Virus record (IMG/VR): IMGVR_UViG_3300027736_000027
Coordinates: 1 to 64,000 of that record
Source: a virus
DNA length: 64,000 nucleotides
Strand: one strand, 5' to 3'
A program made the position numbers and the translations under genes. The notes beneath the pieces were generated by a model. It was given only the letters and a program-made list of their open reading frames with translations, ran no database searches and was not told the origin of the DNA. This document shows, piece by piece, positions 9,979 through 18,928 of the stretch; the first letter of the stretch is position 1; each line of letters starts with the position of its first letter.

Positions 9979-10725
9979 TTATCTATAAATTTGGCCGCCG
10001 ACCTTTAAGTCAGTCGGTAAACTCTCTAGGCGGGTACCACCCAAGAGTAAGTCTCTTTTAACCACTAGCCCAGCCGGCAAACTTGTTAAGCCGGTACAAC
10101 CATATAAGTCTAAGTTTCCGCCAACCTTTAGGCCAGCAGGTAAACTCCTTAAACCTGTGCAGTTTGCTAAGGTTAGGTTGCCAACCGCTATGTCAGCCGG
10201 TACACTCTCTAAGCGGGTACAGCCATCTAGGCTTAAGGTGTTGCCAACCTCTAGGCCAGCAGATAAATTCTTTAGGCTGGTACAGCCGTATAGGCTTAAG
10301 TTTCGGTCAACGATTAATCCAGTAGGTAAACTCTCTAGGGACGTACAGCCAATTAAGGTTAAGTCTCTGACCCTTAAGTTAGCCGGTATACTGGTTAGGG
10401 CCGTACAGCCACCTAATGCTAAGTATCCAATAACCTGTAGATCAGCAGGTAGACTCCTTAAGCCTGTACACTTATTTAGGTTTAACATGCCGTTAACCTT
10501 TAAGCCAGCCGGTAAACTCTTTAGTAGAGTACAGCTGTCTAGGTTTAGGTTGCCAACTCCAGGGTATTGAAGAATTTCCCGTTCAACATGCCTAAGTCTT
10601 CTGAGCTCGCTCAATTCCTTGTCGGACACAACTCCTATTTCATGAAGATCCTGAACATCTGAATAGGCCTCATCGGATACTGTTTTCCAGTCTTCAAATT
10701 TTTCATATAGTTTAATATACTTCAT
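9979..10725 (-). CDS. Leucine-rich repeat protein (9 repeats)
   Basis: Same architecture. Confidence 0.9.
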   Translation of the reverse strand: MKYIKLYEKFEDWKTVSDEAYSDVQDLHEIGVVSDKELSELRRLRHVEREILQYPGVGNLNLDSCTLLKSLPAGLKVNGMLNLNKCTGLRSLPADLQVIGYLALGGCTALTSIPANLRVRDLTLIGCTSLESLPTGLIVDRNLSLYGCTSLKNLSAGLEVGNTLSLDGCTRLESVPADIAVGNLTLANCTGLRSLPAGLKVGGNLDLYGCTGLTSLPAGLVVKRDLLLGGTRLESLPTDLKVGGQIYR

Positions 10726-10730
10726 ATACT

Positions 10731-11234
10731 TTATCTATAAATTCTACGGCCGACCTTTATGTCTTGAGGTAACTCGCCTAAGCTCGTACAGCGGAATAGG
10801 TTTAAGTCGCCGTCAACCACTAGCCCAGCCGGTAAACTTGTTAGCGAGGTACACCCGTTTAAGAATAGGTCTCTGCCAACGATTAAGCCCTGAGGTAGAC
10901 TCTTTAAGCGGGTACAGCCATATAGGCTTAAGCTGCCGCTAACAGTTAACTCATCAGGTAAACTCTCTAAGCTGTTACACCAATTTAGGTTTAAGTCTCC
11001 GCCAACCTCTAGGCCAGCCGGTAAACTTTTTAGCAGGGTGGAGTCAGCTAGGTCTAGGCTGCCAACTCCAGAGTAGTGCAGAATCGCTTGTTCAGCCCTC
11101 ATCAGTCTCTTTATCTCTCTAAATTCCTGATCTGAAACGACTCCTATTCCATGAAGCTCCTGAGCACTGGCAAGGTCCTCAACCGATACGGTTTTCCAGT
11201 CCTCAAATTTTTCATATAGTTTAATGTATTTCAT
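10731..11234 (-). CDS. Leucine-rich repeat protein (5 repeats)
   Basis: Same architecture. Confidence 0.9.
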   Translation of the reverse strand: MKYIKLYEKFEDWKTVSVEDLASAQELHGIGVVSDQEFREIKRLMRAEQAILHYSGVGSLDLADSTLLKSLPAGLEVGGDLNLNWCNSLESLPDELTVSGSLSLYGCTRLKSLPQGLIVGRDLFLNGCTSLTSLPAGLVVDGDLNLFRCTSLGELPQDIKVGRRIYR

Positions 11235-11241
11235 TATCTTT

Positions 11242-11820
11242 CTATCTTAAAATTTGGCCGCCTACCCTTAGGTCTTGAGGTAACTCGGCTAGGGAGGTAC
11301 AGTCTCTTAAATTTAAGTCGCCCATAACCACTAGTCCAGCAGGTAAACTCGTTAGTGAGGTACAGCCGCCTAGCGATAAAAAGCCTAACACTTTTAACCC
11401 AGCCGGTAGACTCCTTAAGCCCGTACACCCGTTTGCATAAAAGTCTCCCATCACTTTGAATCCAGCAGGTAAACTCCTTAAGCCTGTGCAGTCAACAATA
11501 TTTAAACCTCCTCCAGGTTTTAAACCAGCAGGTAAACTCTCTAATCCAGTACAGCCGCTTAGAGTTAAGTAGCCAGTAACGGTTAAGTCGGCAGGTAAAT
11601 GTGTTAGACCCGTGCAGCCTCTTAAATTAGCGGACCCATTAACCTTTAATCCAGCGGGTAAACTCTTTAGCAGGGTACAGCCATCTAAGTTTAAGAAGCT
11701 CGACCCGAATTCAACACAGTTACGAAGTTGTTCCTCAGCCGCTTTTAGTTTTTTAAGCTCTGCACCTTCCACAGCTTCGGTAATTAAGTTAAATGAACGA
11801 TATGGGGTTAGGTACTTCAT
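11242..11820 (-). CDS. Leucine-rich repeat protein (7 repeats)
   Basis: MKYLTPYRSFNLITE leader; same repeats. Confidence 0.9.
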   Translation of the reverse strand: MKYLTPYRSFNLITEAVEGAELKKLKAAEEQLRNCVEFGSSFLNLDGCTLLKSLPAGLKVNGSANLRGCTGLTHLPADLTVTGYLTLSGCTGLESLPAGLKPGGGLNIVDCTGLRSLPAGFKVMGDFYANGCTGLRSLPAGLKVLGFLSLGGCTSLTSLPAGLVVMGDLNLRDCTSLAELPQDLRVGGQILR

Positions 11821-11824
11821 GGTT

Positions 11825-12778
11825 TTAAAAAGAATAACTACGATTTACCATAACGTTTTCTTCAGCAACCGGATCATATATAGAAAATTCAATTTTACCA
11901 CCATGATAAAGTTGATAATCGACGTTATAAGTTGGATTAATTTCTTTTACTTTTATGTCTGCCACAAACGCAACATTATTTAAATACTCTCGAGGCTCTT
12001 CTTCAGGAATAAAAGAGTCTGCAGCCTGTGACCATGCATCGCTTAATATTTCGTCAAATGTATCTTCAGAAATATCAAGATTTTCTTTTAATAGCCTACG
12101 ATATCTGCGTGATACAGTTTCGGTTACTGAGTCTGTAAGTAATGGGCTGGTTGGGTCTACTATAAAATAAAAGCCGGCAGCCGCAAACTCGCCGCGGTTC
12201 ATTGGTATTTCGGTACCATCAATACTCGCTCCACCTGGAAATAGTGTAATTAGGCTAAGTGCCTTTTTGCCATTGGTTAGTGTACCTAGTTCAGCAGTAA
12301 TTAAATTTACTCGGCTGGTTGGTTTTCTTTTACCTGGGGCTATTTTAACAGCCTCTTTTCTTCCATCGGGCATTGTGTAATCCTGCATCATAGCTACTTC
12401 CTCTGGCCCGGCCTTTGCTACACCCATTTCTCCAACCTTACCGCCATTAGCGGCTAACCATTTTACTCGGCCACTGGCCTCTTCGGTTGGTGGAGTATTA
12501 AGTAATTTTTTAGCAACCTGTCTAAGGTCTACACCGGTTTTGAATAATGAACCTGGTTTTGCCCCATCTAAGTGTCTTTCCGCAATATGACCGGCTGTCT
12601 CTTCAGAAAAAAGTAGGACAAAATTATCTGCTTCAATTAGGTCTGACCCGGTTGCTTTTACTTTACCTTTTAAAAATTCATTTTTGTCTATTAGAGCCTG
12701 GATCTCTTGTGAAATATCTGCGGCTTCAGTATGTGATTCATTGATATATTGACTAAACAATTTAATATGTTTCGGCAT
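11825..12778 (-). CDS. Leader-bearing protein, possible RNase-toxin-like domain
   Basis: MPKHIKLFSQYINE; HIAERH...PGSLF...LITLFPG; GATAAATA at 12797-12804 (-). Confidence 0.65.
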   Translation of the reverse strand: MPKHIKLFSQYINESHTEAADISQEIQALIDKNEFLKGKVKATGSDLIEADNFVLLFSEETAGHIAERHLDGAKPGSLFKTGVDLRQVAKKLLNTPPTEEASGRVKWLAANGGKVGEMGVAKAGPEEVAMMQDYTMPDGRKEAVKIAPGKRKPTSRVNLITAELGTLTNGKKALSLITLFPGGASIDGTEIPMNRGEFAAAGFYFIVDPTSPLLTDSVTETVSRRYRRLLKENLDISEDTFDEILSDAWSQAADSFIPEEEPREYLNNVAFVADIKVKEINPTYNVDYQLYHGGKIEFSIYDPVAEENVMVNRSYSF

Positions 12779-13007
12779 GGGTTCTTATTTTTTTATTATT
12801 TATCTTCTTTATTGCCCAGGTTCTGGCTCTTTTTGTGCACATAAACACAGGTGCGCGCCTACCCTTACAATATAAAATATACCTAAACTATACACTATAC
12901 CAGGTCTACCTATCAGAAAAAAAAAAGAAATATACCAGGCTACCTAGCCAGGTACCAGACCCTCAACCCTATTCAAGATACCCGTCTACACTAGCCTGCA
13001 GACCGGG

Positions 13008-13249
13008 ACTAGGGAGTACCTGGTACCTGTATAGAACAGACTCTAACCGGACCCGGCCCAGTGGGACTAGGGAGTCCCGGCCAGCCCGGACCAGCCGGCC
13101 CAGGAGCAATCTGCCCAGGTGGGACTAGGGAGTAAACCGGACCCTTGCCCCGGCCACCGGACCCCAACCTGACCAGGTGGGACTAGGGAGTACCCCGGCC
13201 GGGCTCTGTCCTGTGGGTACCAACCCGGCTTGCTCAAAGACTAGGGAGT
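13008..13249 (+). repeat. Five ACTAGGGAGT motifs at exact 58-bp period with dissimilar GC-rich spacers
   Basis: Motif starts at 13008, 13066, 13124, 13182, 13240; first four extend to GGGACTAGGGAGT. Confidence 0.95.
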
Positions 13250-13389
13250 ACGGTGGCCCTCGACTCCGCGGCTCTACCGGATTCCCAGGGGTCTCGAGAG
13301 GGCCCGGCAGTTGGACACTAGTAGCAGGCTGCGGGACACGGGCAGGCCAGGCTTCCCGACAGGTAGCCGAGGCCCAGATAGATAAAACC

Positions 13390-14025
13390 ATGGAAGAAGA
13401 AGAAATAGGGTCCCTGAAGCCTTTTCCGTCAGGGGAGTTGATGTATAAGAAGGATGCAGCCAAGTTTGCTGGGGTCTCGTTGAAGACACTGGAGGGTTAT
13501 GTAGCTAAGGGTGTAATAAACAAGTGGAAGAATATTGTAAACGGCCGGACCTACTATGACAAGCAGGAGCTCTTGAAGATGATAGGCAGTCGCTTGCCGC
13601 AGAAGAGGCTCGTGATCGCCTACTGCCGGGCAGCACCGTTCCCGGATCGAGGAGCGGCCGGGGTTTCGGTACTGGCCAGGTTACAGGCACAGACGGACCG
13701 GGTACTCGGATATTGTACCGCAGCTGGGGTCCGGGTTGACGAGATAATCCAAGATACGGGTAAGGCTGGTAGCCTAGCTGGCCGATCAGGTCTCGATAGG
13801 CTCTTTGAGACCGTGCTTCGCAAGCAGGTAAGTATGGTTATAGTTGAGACTCCGGACCGGCTGGCCAGGTTTGCAGGTGCCGAGATTCTAGAGAGATTCC
13901 TGACCTGGCACGGTGTTGAACTGCATATAATACAGAAAGGATTACATCTAGAAGAGTACAGGGAAGAATTAAAAGAGGATCTATCTTATCTTATATTAGA
14001 GTCAAGAGCCCTGATTGGGGATTAA
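13390..14025 (+). CDS. IS607-family TnpA-like serine recombinase (MerR-like HTH + resolvase domain), catalytic Ser apparently replaced by Ala
   Basis: KKDAAKFAGVSLKTLEGY HTH; IAYCRAA in place of YARVS; GRSGLDRL; ETPDRLARF; EELKEDL. Start re-called to ATG 13390; no tnpB adjacent. Confidence 0.85.
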   Translation: MEEEEIGSLKPFPSGELMYKKDAAKFAGVSLKTLEGYVAKGVINKWKNIVNGRTYYDKQELLKMIGSRLPQKRLVIAYCRAAPFPDRGAAGVSVLARLQAQTDRVLGYCTAAGVRVDEIIQDTGKAGSLAGRSGLDRLFETVLRKQVSMVIVETPDRLARFAGAEILERFLTWHGVELHIIQKGLHLEEYREELKEDLSYLILESRALIGD

Positions 14026-14051
14026 CCGGATTTAGGAAATATTCTTTTTAT

Positions 14052-14504
14052 TTATAAAAATTTCAAACATTTAACTTTACCGTCAGTCGTTGTGTATATT
14101 ACAAAGTTTACACCATTACCATCATAAAATCCAATACTCGGACTTTCAGGATTATAATTATTATCAGCTGGAGTTTTCTTTATTTCCGTAAACATATTTT
14201 TTGCAGTCTCACTAATAATGTCACCCGCTACCATAAATTGTGAGTTAATTATACCTGGAACGCCAGTACAATCCCATACATAATTAACACCATTAAACGT
14301 ACCTCCAAAACTGGAGGCGTTATAGTTTCCCTTAAATTGTTCGGATGACATCATTGCAGGTGTTACATTTTTTATTCCCTCAGATGCAACTTTATTTATA
14401 ATAGGTTTTATATTTTGGTTTACGGCCTGGTCGGTTGGCTCCGCTGGCATGATAGCAGCTTCAAATCCTTCATTCACAAACTGTTCAAATAATTTTAATT
14501 TCAT
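14052..14504 (-). CDS. Hypothetical protein with capsid-targeting-like leader
   Basis: MKLKLFEQFVNE. Confidence 0.75.
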   Translation of the reverse strand: MKLKLFEQFVNEGFEAAIMPAEPTDQAVNQNIKPIINKVASEGIKNVTPAMMSSEQFKGNYNASSFGGTFNGVNYVWDCTGVPGIINSQFMVAGDIISETAKNMFTEIKKTPADNNYNPESPSIGFYDGNGVNFVIYTTTDGKVKCLKFL

Positions 14505-14525
14505 TTCTATATTTGTTTTTTTTAT

Positions 14526-14903
14526 TTATTTTTGGAAAATTTGTGGATTTAACCGGCCGTACTCTCTGAGTATTACGGCAGCCTGACTGTTAGCCTCGTT
14601 CTCAATTGTAGATCCATCTGCTCCATCCAGTGTCTGTCCACTGTCGCGCTGGGCATGGTGTACCAATTCATGAGCCAAGGTTCGGTACCAGTCTGCTGTT
14701 AAACGATCACCTCGCAAGACCCTGATCTCTCCGGTACGGGGATTAAATGCTCCCATTGACTTTACGGACTCGGCCTCGGCATGGTCATCAGTTACAATAA
14801 TAACTGGTTTAGATGTCCACTGTAGTTTACTCCAGCAAAATTGACAAAACTGTTCAACTTCTGTTGTTGCCTGCCACTCACTTGACTCCTTGATATATTT
14901 CAT
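14526..14903 (-). CDS. HExxH zinc metallopeptidase-like protein
   Basis: TLAHELVHHAQ...ENEANSQA. Confidence 0.75.
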   Translation of the reverse strand: MKYIKESSEWQATTEVEQFCQFCWSKLQWTSKPVIIVTDDHAEAESVKSMGAFNPRTGEIRVLRGDRLTADWYRTLAHELVHHAQRDSGQTLDGADGSTIENEANSQAAVILREYGRLNPQIFQK

Positions 14904-15109
14904 ATAGATTAAATATTTAGCGTGCCACCTGGCTGACGTCTGCTGTAACTTATTTATGTTATTTATATCCCATAAAAACCCGTTTTGTTTATAAATTCAC
15001 ATAGCGAACCTGGTCCGGAGTTCTCCCCAGCTCGAGCGGAGGTCCAGAACCCATGGGGGTCGGCACGGGCCCGGGGCTGCAAACTGTAGTCCACTAGCGG
15101 ATAGAGCCC

Positions 15110-15135
15110 AAAAAAGGGAACCATTACGGTTCCCT
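15110..15135 (-). terminator. Intrinsic terminator
   Basis: AGGGAACC-5nt-GGTTCCCT stem with U-tract on minus strand. Confidence 0.8.
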
Positions 15136-15164
15136 CTTCATTGCTAACCAATTAACCAATTAAC

Positions 15165-16280
15165 CTAGATAGCAGCTAAGCTTGCGTGTTCAAGGTCCCA
15201 GCTCTTTGCAAAAAGATTTCCACCTTCTACTTTAAACTTTTTAGGGGCTTGAAAATTAAATGTTGTTGCATGACTTCCAATCCATGTTAACTCGTTAACC
15301 AGATCCCAAACGCTTGAGTCAGTTTTGATAAACTTTTTCTGAGCATCGGTTAAGAACTGTGGATTGTGGCCATTTTTAAAAATTCGTTTTGATGTGATAT
15401 CAAACTCTGGAAAGAACTGTTGTTGAGCGGCTCTGATATAGTGCGACTCGACATTTACATCCTCATCATGAATTTGACCAATTACAGAGTTCATTACTCT
15501 TTCAAGTTCTCCATAGCTTGCCTTTGTTCGGATTGCGCCTTCAAGACGGGTTTCAAAAGTTCGTGGTACAAAACCGGCTTTAGACCAACCTGTCATACTC
15601 TCTAATAGTTTACGAAAGGCATCTTGACCTTGGCCAAATTCAAAAGCCGTATTTAAGTTACGGGCGACCGCACCATTTGCACAACTTAGTCTCAAGAAGA
15701 AGTCATCCACTCTGGAATTTGTTGCTGAATTTACCAGTGATACTCCAAATCTGAATACCTCGTCCTTACCGATTTTATCGAAACCTACTTGACTGCCATG
15801 GATAAGGTTTATACTTACACCTCCACCACTATTGTCAATTGACTCAACATGCATATCAGGTACTTCATTAAGAATAAGCCCAGCCGTATCGAATAGGGTT
15901 TCATTTGATAGTCTGTGATACTTATCAGCCTTTACAATATTGGTTACTTCTTTTGCATTACCATCACCGATTAACAAAAACTCTTTGTCACCGTCACGAG
16001 TCTCTGAATAAGACTTTACGGCCTGCAATAATTTTGTCTGTACTGAATGATCGGCATTCTTGTCCATTCGATTTAATAAACTTGTCTGTAAGTTTACAAC
16101 TTGGCCAAGTCTGTTAAAAAATTTGTTTGAGACTGGGATCTTTGAGTCCCCAATCAGGATATTACCTGTCTTTAAGGAGTTATCATCTATCTTGATATCA
16201 GATAACTTTACCTTTTTAATTAGTGGATCTTTTCCGCTACTGTCGGCTTTCGCCTTGTCAAATTGCTCTTGTGAAATCAT
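15165..16280 (-). CDS. DUF932-like protein
   Basis: FGVSLVNS...FFLRLSCANGAV and SVWDLVNELTW motifs. Confidence 0.65.
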   Translation of the reverse strand: MISQEQFDKAKADSSGKDPLIKKVKLSDIKIDDNSLKTGNILIGDSKIPVSNKFFNRLGQVVNLQTSLLNRMDKNADHSVQTKLLQAVKSYSETRDGDKEFLLIGDGNAKEVTNIVKADKYHRLSNETLFDTAGLILNEVPDMHVESIDNSGGGVSINLIHGSQVGFDKIGKDEVFRFGVSLVNSATNSRVDDFFLRLSCANGAVARNLNTAFEFGQGQDAFRKLLESMTGWSKAGFVPRTFETRLEGAIRTKASYGELERVMNSVIGQIHDEDVNVESHYIRAAQQQFFPEFDITSKRIFKNGHNPQFLTDAQKKFIKTDSSVWDLVNELTWIGSHATTFNFQAPKKFKVEGGNLFAKSWDLEHASLAAI

Positions 16281-16328
16281 GGTTATCTTGGTTTTTTTGG
16301 TTTATATTAATATACTATTTAGTTAAAC

Positions 16329-17429
16329 TTATTGGCTGATGATAGGCTCAGAGTCAGAGTCAGTATCCGGTTCTTCAACCTCAGCTGGTCTGCCAACTGA
16401 CATAAAAAGATCAGTAAACTTGGACTCAAGTTCAGAACGCTTGTCCCTCTCTTGGTCGGCCAATTCGGCAACTTGGGTCTCTTGTCTCCATGAAGTTGCA
16501 TCCCAACGTACTTCACCTTCTACTAGGGAGTAGTATAGTCGCTTACCGATTAGGCTGCCTCCACGACGGTTCTTCGAGAACTCTACATATCTTCGACCGG
16601 CATCATCAAACTTAATCTCCATCATTGATGTTGTTGCATGTTTAAGGTAGGTACTTCCAACATATTGACCGCCTTTAGTCATGTGCTGAATTGCAAAGAT
16701 TGTTTTGCCTTTCTTATCAGCGGCTTCAATAATTAAGTTAGTTAACCAGGTCATGGCTCTGGTACTTTTCCAGCCAAGGATATCTGCTAATTTTACAATA
16801 ATATCTTGATGCGAGTCAATTAAGATAACATCATAGTCACCATTAATTGTGTCCTCCAATATCTTATCAAAGCGACCCATAACATAGTCCATCACGAGTA
16901 AGGTTGGCACATTTGCAATAATAGGGGTTTTTTGATAATAGAAGTAGAGGTCATTACGTGTCATCTCACTAGAGATATAGAGTATCTTTGCCTCAGGCTG
17001 AACTCGCTTAATCTTAGCCAAGATATCAAGTGTGACTGTTGATTTACCAACACCACTTTCGCCGATTACAATATTTGCAGTACCTGAATAGATACCACCG
17101 TCTTCCGTATGGTCAGAAAATAACTGGTCAATAAGATCGCCAGATTTCCAGGCAGTAAATGGCGGAAACTCCATATTGCCAATTTCAATTACTTCAGCCA
17201 CCATTTCGGTTGGTATAACTGGTTGAACCGGTACTAGGGAGTTCGGCTCGGTGCCGTCTTTTAACTTCTTTACAACTCCATTAAAGAGACCATAACTTAC
17301 CCCGGTCTCGGTTGAGGTTGTCATATACTGAGTATATAACTGTTGAACACTGCGGTCATGTGGTACTTGACCTTCATAAGCTTCTGTAAAGAATGCTCGT
17401 ACATCTAATTCTTTTTTGCCGATTTGCAT
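16329..17429 (-). CDS. RadA/Sms-like RecA-family ATPase (no Zn finger or Lon-like domain)
   Basis: Walker A GESGVGKST, LYISSEM, Walker B LIDS, HMTKGGQYVG, KNRRG (cf. RadA KNRFG). Confidence 0.85.
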   Translation of the reverse strand: MQIGKKELDVRAFFTEAYEGQVPHDRSVQQLYTQYMTTSTETGVSYGLFNGVVKKLKDGTEPNSLVPVQPVIPTEMVAEVIEIGNMEFPPFTAWKSGDLIDQLFSDHTEDGGIYSGTANIVIGESGVGKSTVTLDILAKIKRVQPEAKILYISSEMTRNDLYFYYQKTPIIANVPTLLVMDYVMGRFDKILEDTINGDYDVILIDSHQDIIVKLADILGWKSTRAMTWLTNLIIEAADKKGKTIFAIQHMTKGGQYVGSTYLKHATTSMMEIKFDDAGRRYVEFSKNRRGGSLIGKRLYYSLVEGEVRWDATSWRQETQVAELADQERDKRSELESKFTDLFMSVGRPAEVEEPDTDSDSEPIISQ

Positions 17430-17549
17430 AGGTTTTCTGTTTTGGTTAATTGGTTTATACTATATTATTATACTACAGTTTGCCACAATTGGCTTAAGTA
17501 CTTCAGTTTTTATTATTTATTCGACATCAGTACTAGGGAGTCCAACCGG

Positions 17550-17765
17550 CTAGAAGTCTTGGCCTAATATATCGGTTACTTCAAAGGTAAACGTGTCAAA
17601 GTTGTCGTTTAACATGTCATAGTCAAAGCCGAAATCCTCGCCGGCCATGTAGTCAATAATTGCCTGTTCAGCATGGTCCAGCGTTTCGTTCATTGAATGA
17701 ATTACCAATGGGGACTCTAGTGTATCGTCAATAGACGTAATCACTGTACAAAATAATCTTTTCAT
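17550..17765 (-). CDS. Hypothetical early protein
   Basis: 71 aa acidic ORF behind promoter cassette. Confidence 0.7.
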   Translation of the reverse strand: MKRLFCTVITSIDDTLESPLVIHSMNETLDHAEQAIIDYMAGEDFGFDYDMLNDNFDTFTFEVTDILGQDF

Positions 17766-17838
17766 AATCTATAGGGGTTAGTTGGTTAGAGTAAATATAA
17801 GTATAATTTTTGACATCTAAAAATAAAGTTATTAACAA

Positions 17839-18096
17839 TTATCGGACCTCACCGCTAGTAATAATTCCTTCAAAGGTTGTGAGCTTCTTAAACTCTTTAG
17901 TTGGAAAATAGGCTCTGCCGTCTTCTAAATCAAAGTTTCCATTAAAGTTTTCAAGAATTGCTTCAACATTATCTTTATCTGACTCTATTACTAAGAACCT
18001 GGAACCTGGAACAGGAACATCGTCGTCACCTAATAATTTTTCAATAAGATCGCTGTCATCAGTGATCTGAAATACTGAGAATTTTTCTATTTTCAT
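17839..18096 (-). CDS. Hypothetical early protein
   Basis: 85 aa behind promoter cassette. Confidence 0.7.
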   Translation of the reverse strand: MKIEKFSVFQITDDSDLIEKLLGDDDVPVPGSRFLVIESDKDNVEAILENFNGNFDLEDGRAYFPTKEFKKLTTFEGIITSGEVR

Positions 18097-18158
18097 AATC
18101 TATAGGGGTTAATTGATTGGTTAAATATAAGTATAATTTTTGACACCTGACAATTTAA

Positions 18159-18455
18159 TTAAATTAAATCATCAAAATAAAGAGTAAGGGCCCGGTTCTG
18201 GCCGGTTGAGATGTTTATATTATTACTGCCGATTTCGTATCTATTACCTTTTTTAATTAGGCGCTTTGCTCGGGTAAGTCGGGACTCAGTCAGCTGGTCA
18301 TTTACTGGGCTGCGAGGCGCTACATGATACGATGTGGAAGTATATTCTCCACCGCAACCACATCTGCAATGGGCATCTTTGCCGATATAGGTTTGTGATA
18401 TTTGACTTAAGTTAAAGCCTAAAAATTGGTCAACTGTGATTAGCTCAGGTTTCAT
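18159..18455 (-). CDS. Hypothetical early protein with CRCGC motif
   Basis: YIGKDAHCRCGCGGEY. Confidence 0.7.
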   Translation of the reverse strand: MKPELITVDQFLGFNLSQISQTYIGKDAHCRCGCGGEYTSTSYHVAPRSPVNDQLTESRLTRAKRLIKKGNRYEIGSNNINISTGQNRALTLYFDDLI

Positions 18456-18680
18456 TTGATATAGGGGTTAATTGGTTAGAGTAAATATACCAAATTTATT
18501 TGACACCTGACAATTTATTTTCATAAAGTTATTAACAATTTGGCTGTTAACAATTCCCTAAATATGTCGTAGGTCGGAGTCTACCTCCCGCTCCTGGTTT
18601 GGACCGTCCCGTCTAGATTAGTTGACAAGGTAAATATAAGTATAATATTTGACACCTGACAATTTATTTTAGAGAAGTTA

Positions 18681-18908
18681 TTAACAATCTTCTTGCACAG
18701 TAAAATTTACCGGGCCAACTGTTACTCGTTTGCCTATGAGGTCGTCTATACAATATCTCTCATCTGCCGGTCCGCGAAAGATTTGATCGTCTGTCCAATC
18801 GTCCGAATTAAGTAAGAGTTTAAGAGTTTCCCGAGTTGAATACGTCGATTGTCTTCCCCAATTGTCTACGGTCTCGACACAGTCGATAATTTCTATTGAT
18901 GTTTGCAT
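18681..18908 (-). CDS. Hypothetical early protein
   Basis: 75 aa; stop lies inside downstream cassette box. Confidence 0.7.
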   Translation of the reverse strand: MQTSIEIIDCVETVDNWGRQSTYSTRETLKLLLNSDDWTDDQIFRGPADERYCIDDLIGKRVTVGPVNFTVQEDC

Positions 18909-18928
18909 AATTTAATTTTTTAAAAGGG

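Noticed and set aside
4932-11820. Diversity-generating retroelement acting on the LRR genes
   Set aside because: No reverse transcriptase in the window and no template/variable pair differing only at adenines was seen
13008-13249. CRISPR array
   Set aside because: Constant part is only 10-13 bp, non-palindromic, no cas genes in the window, and the motif also occurs singly inside genes
13177-13389. GTG-initiated N-terminal extension of the recombinase and overlapping GC-rich ORFs (12835-13823)
   Set aside because: They translate the repeat island or the antisense strand; homology starts at ATG 13390
12900-14025. Active IS607 insertion sequence
   Set aside because: No tnpB, no recognisable right end, catalytic Ser absent
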